A stretch of DNA of 64,000 nucleotides. It comes from an uncultured virus (IMG/VR IMGVR_UViG_3300031841_005656). Taxonomy: Duplodnaviria; Heunggongvirae; Uroviricota; Caudoviricetes. Below the pieces are notes generated by a model. It did not search any database. It was given only the letters and a program-made list of their open reading frames with translations, and was not told the origin of the DNA. Position 1 is the first letter of the stretch; the number at the start of each line of letters is the position of its first letter. This document shows, piece by piece, positions 63,293-64,000 of this stretch. Where the stretch lies: the IMG/VR virus record IMGVR_UViG_3300031841_005656; one strand, given 5' to 3'. The translations under genes were made by a program, and so were the position numbers.

Positions 63293-64000
63293 TGGCAAAC
63301 CAATCTTACGTTTTAGGCTCTGGTGTCACCAATATACATGGGGTTGATTCTTTTGAAATTGGCAACAGCTATTCAAAATATGATATTGTATTTTTTAGCG
63401 GTTATACCAATGGCGGCACGGAATATTTTCCAGCAGTTACTGGCCATTATTATTATAGCGGAGATACAGCAGCCACTTCTACCACGGCAAATTCTCCCGT
63501 AGGGGCAGATAGCGTCTGGACTCAAAAGTTATTTTTCGAGCCTTCTTATGGAGCATCCGTGTCGTATGAAAACCAAACTTATAACGCCACTTATGGAGAT
63601 GGATATTATAATTTTGCGAACAAAAGCGAAAACTCTTTAAAAGTAAAATTCAATTTGCCATACAATAAAAGAAGCGATAAAGAAACCAGAGCTTTGATTC
63701 ATTTATTTGAAGATTCGTTTAATAAAGGGCAAAAAGGCACTCCACCAAGCGGAGCTTATACTGGCATATATTATACTCCATTTGCTCCTTATGATAACGA
63801 GCATGAATTTTACATAGAAGATTTTTCTCGTGGTTTTGATTACCCTAATGTCAATTCAGCTTCGACCACTTTACATAGAGAAGATCAATCTACATTAAAT
63901 TGGCAAGAATATTATATACCATTTAATCAAACTAGAAAATTTTGGTCCGCAGGGCAAACATACAACACACATGATATAGCTTATTTAAGCGGCGATGGAG
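63292..64000 (+). CDS. minor tail protein, lambda gpM/Dit-like domain (3' truncated)
   Basis: Open frame MANQSYVLGSG...FEPSYGASV......YGDGY......NSL...F.L.Y..RSD.E..A+..F.E to window end. Confidence 0.6.
   Translation, partial: MANQSYVLGSGVTNIHGVDSFEIGNSYSKYDIVFFSGYTNGGTEYFPAVTGHYYYSGDTAATSTTANSPVGADSVWTQKLFFEPSYGASVSYENQTYNATYGDGYYNFANKSENSLKVKFNLPYNKRSDKETRALIHLFEDSFNKGQKGTPPSGAYTGIYYTPFAPYDNEHEFYIEDFSRGFDYPNVNSASTTLHREDQSTLNWQEYYIPFNQTRKFWSAGQTYNTHDIAYLSGDG

Noticed and set aside
1..64000. Stop-codon reassignment
   Set aside because: Long genes (terminase, portal, tape measure) are intact in the standard code, and TAA, TAG and TGA all end credible genes.

Overview
64-kb slice of a large tailed dsDNA phage genome (siphovirus-like: terminase, portal, major capsid, two tail-tube paralogues, 2387-aa tape measure; standard genetic code). 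A Verrucomicrobiota/PVC-type host is only a weak inference from a few host-like genes. 1-7.2 kb: small + strand genes plus DNA repair/recombination genes (UvsE C-terminus, HhH glycosylase, RuvB-like ATPase). 7.4-17.7 kb: a GC-richer early-type accessory region divided into 0.5-1.9 kb gene modules by eight same-orientation copies of a 47-bp element, consensus TTGACWTCTAACG-YTTC-GCGG-N5-CCGC-CGGC-CGTTAGAYGTCAA. The modules carry near-leaderless sigma70 promoters, a strict GTT-ATG-AGR start motif, terminators, one tRNA-Cys and two candidate structured RNAs. A 20-bp piece of the element core recurs alone just after the major capsid gene. 17.9-33.2 kb: auxiliary genes (sulfotransferase, C-type lectin, ankyrin-nucleotide cyclase, GT10, GT4-like, outer-membrane barrel, 2OG-Fe oxygenase, MscS-like). 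33.3-64 kb: PhoH, a phage sigma factor, an ERCC4 nuclease and morphogenesis genes, many preceded by an AAGTGTA motif often exactly 10 nt before the start codon. The best candidate for an undescribed system is the repeat-delimited cassette array with its 5'/3' RNA-pairing motifs; no recombinase for it is visible in this window. All product calls come from motif recognition by eye, not database searches.
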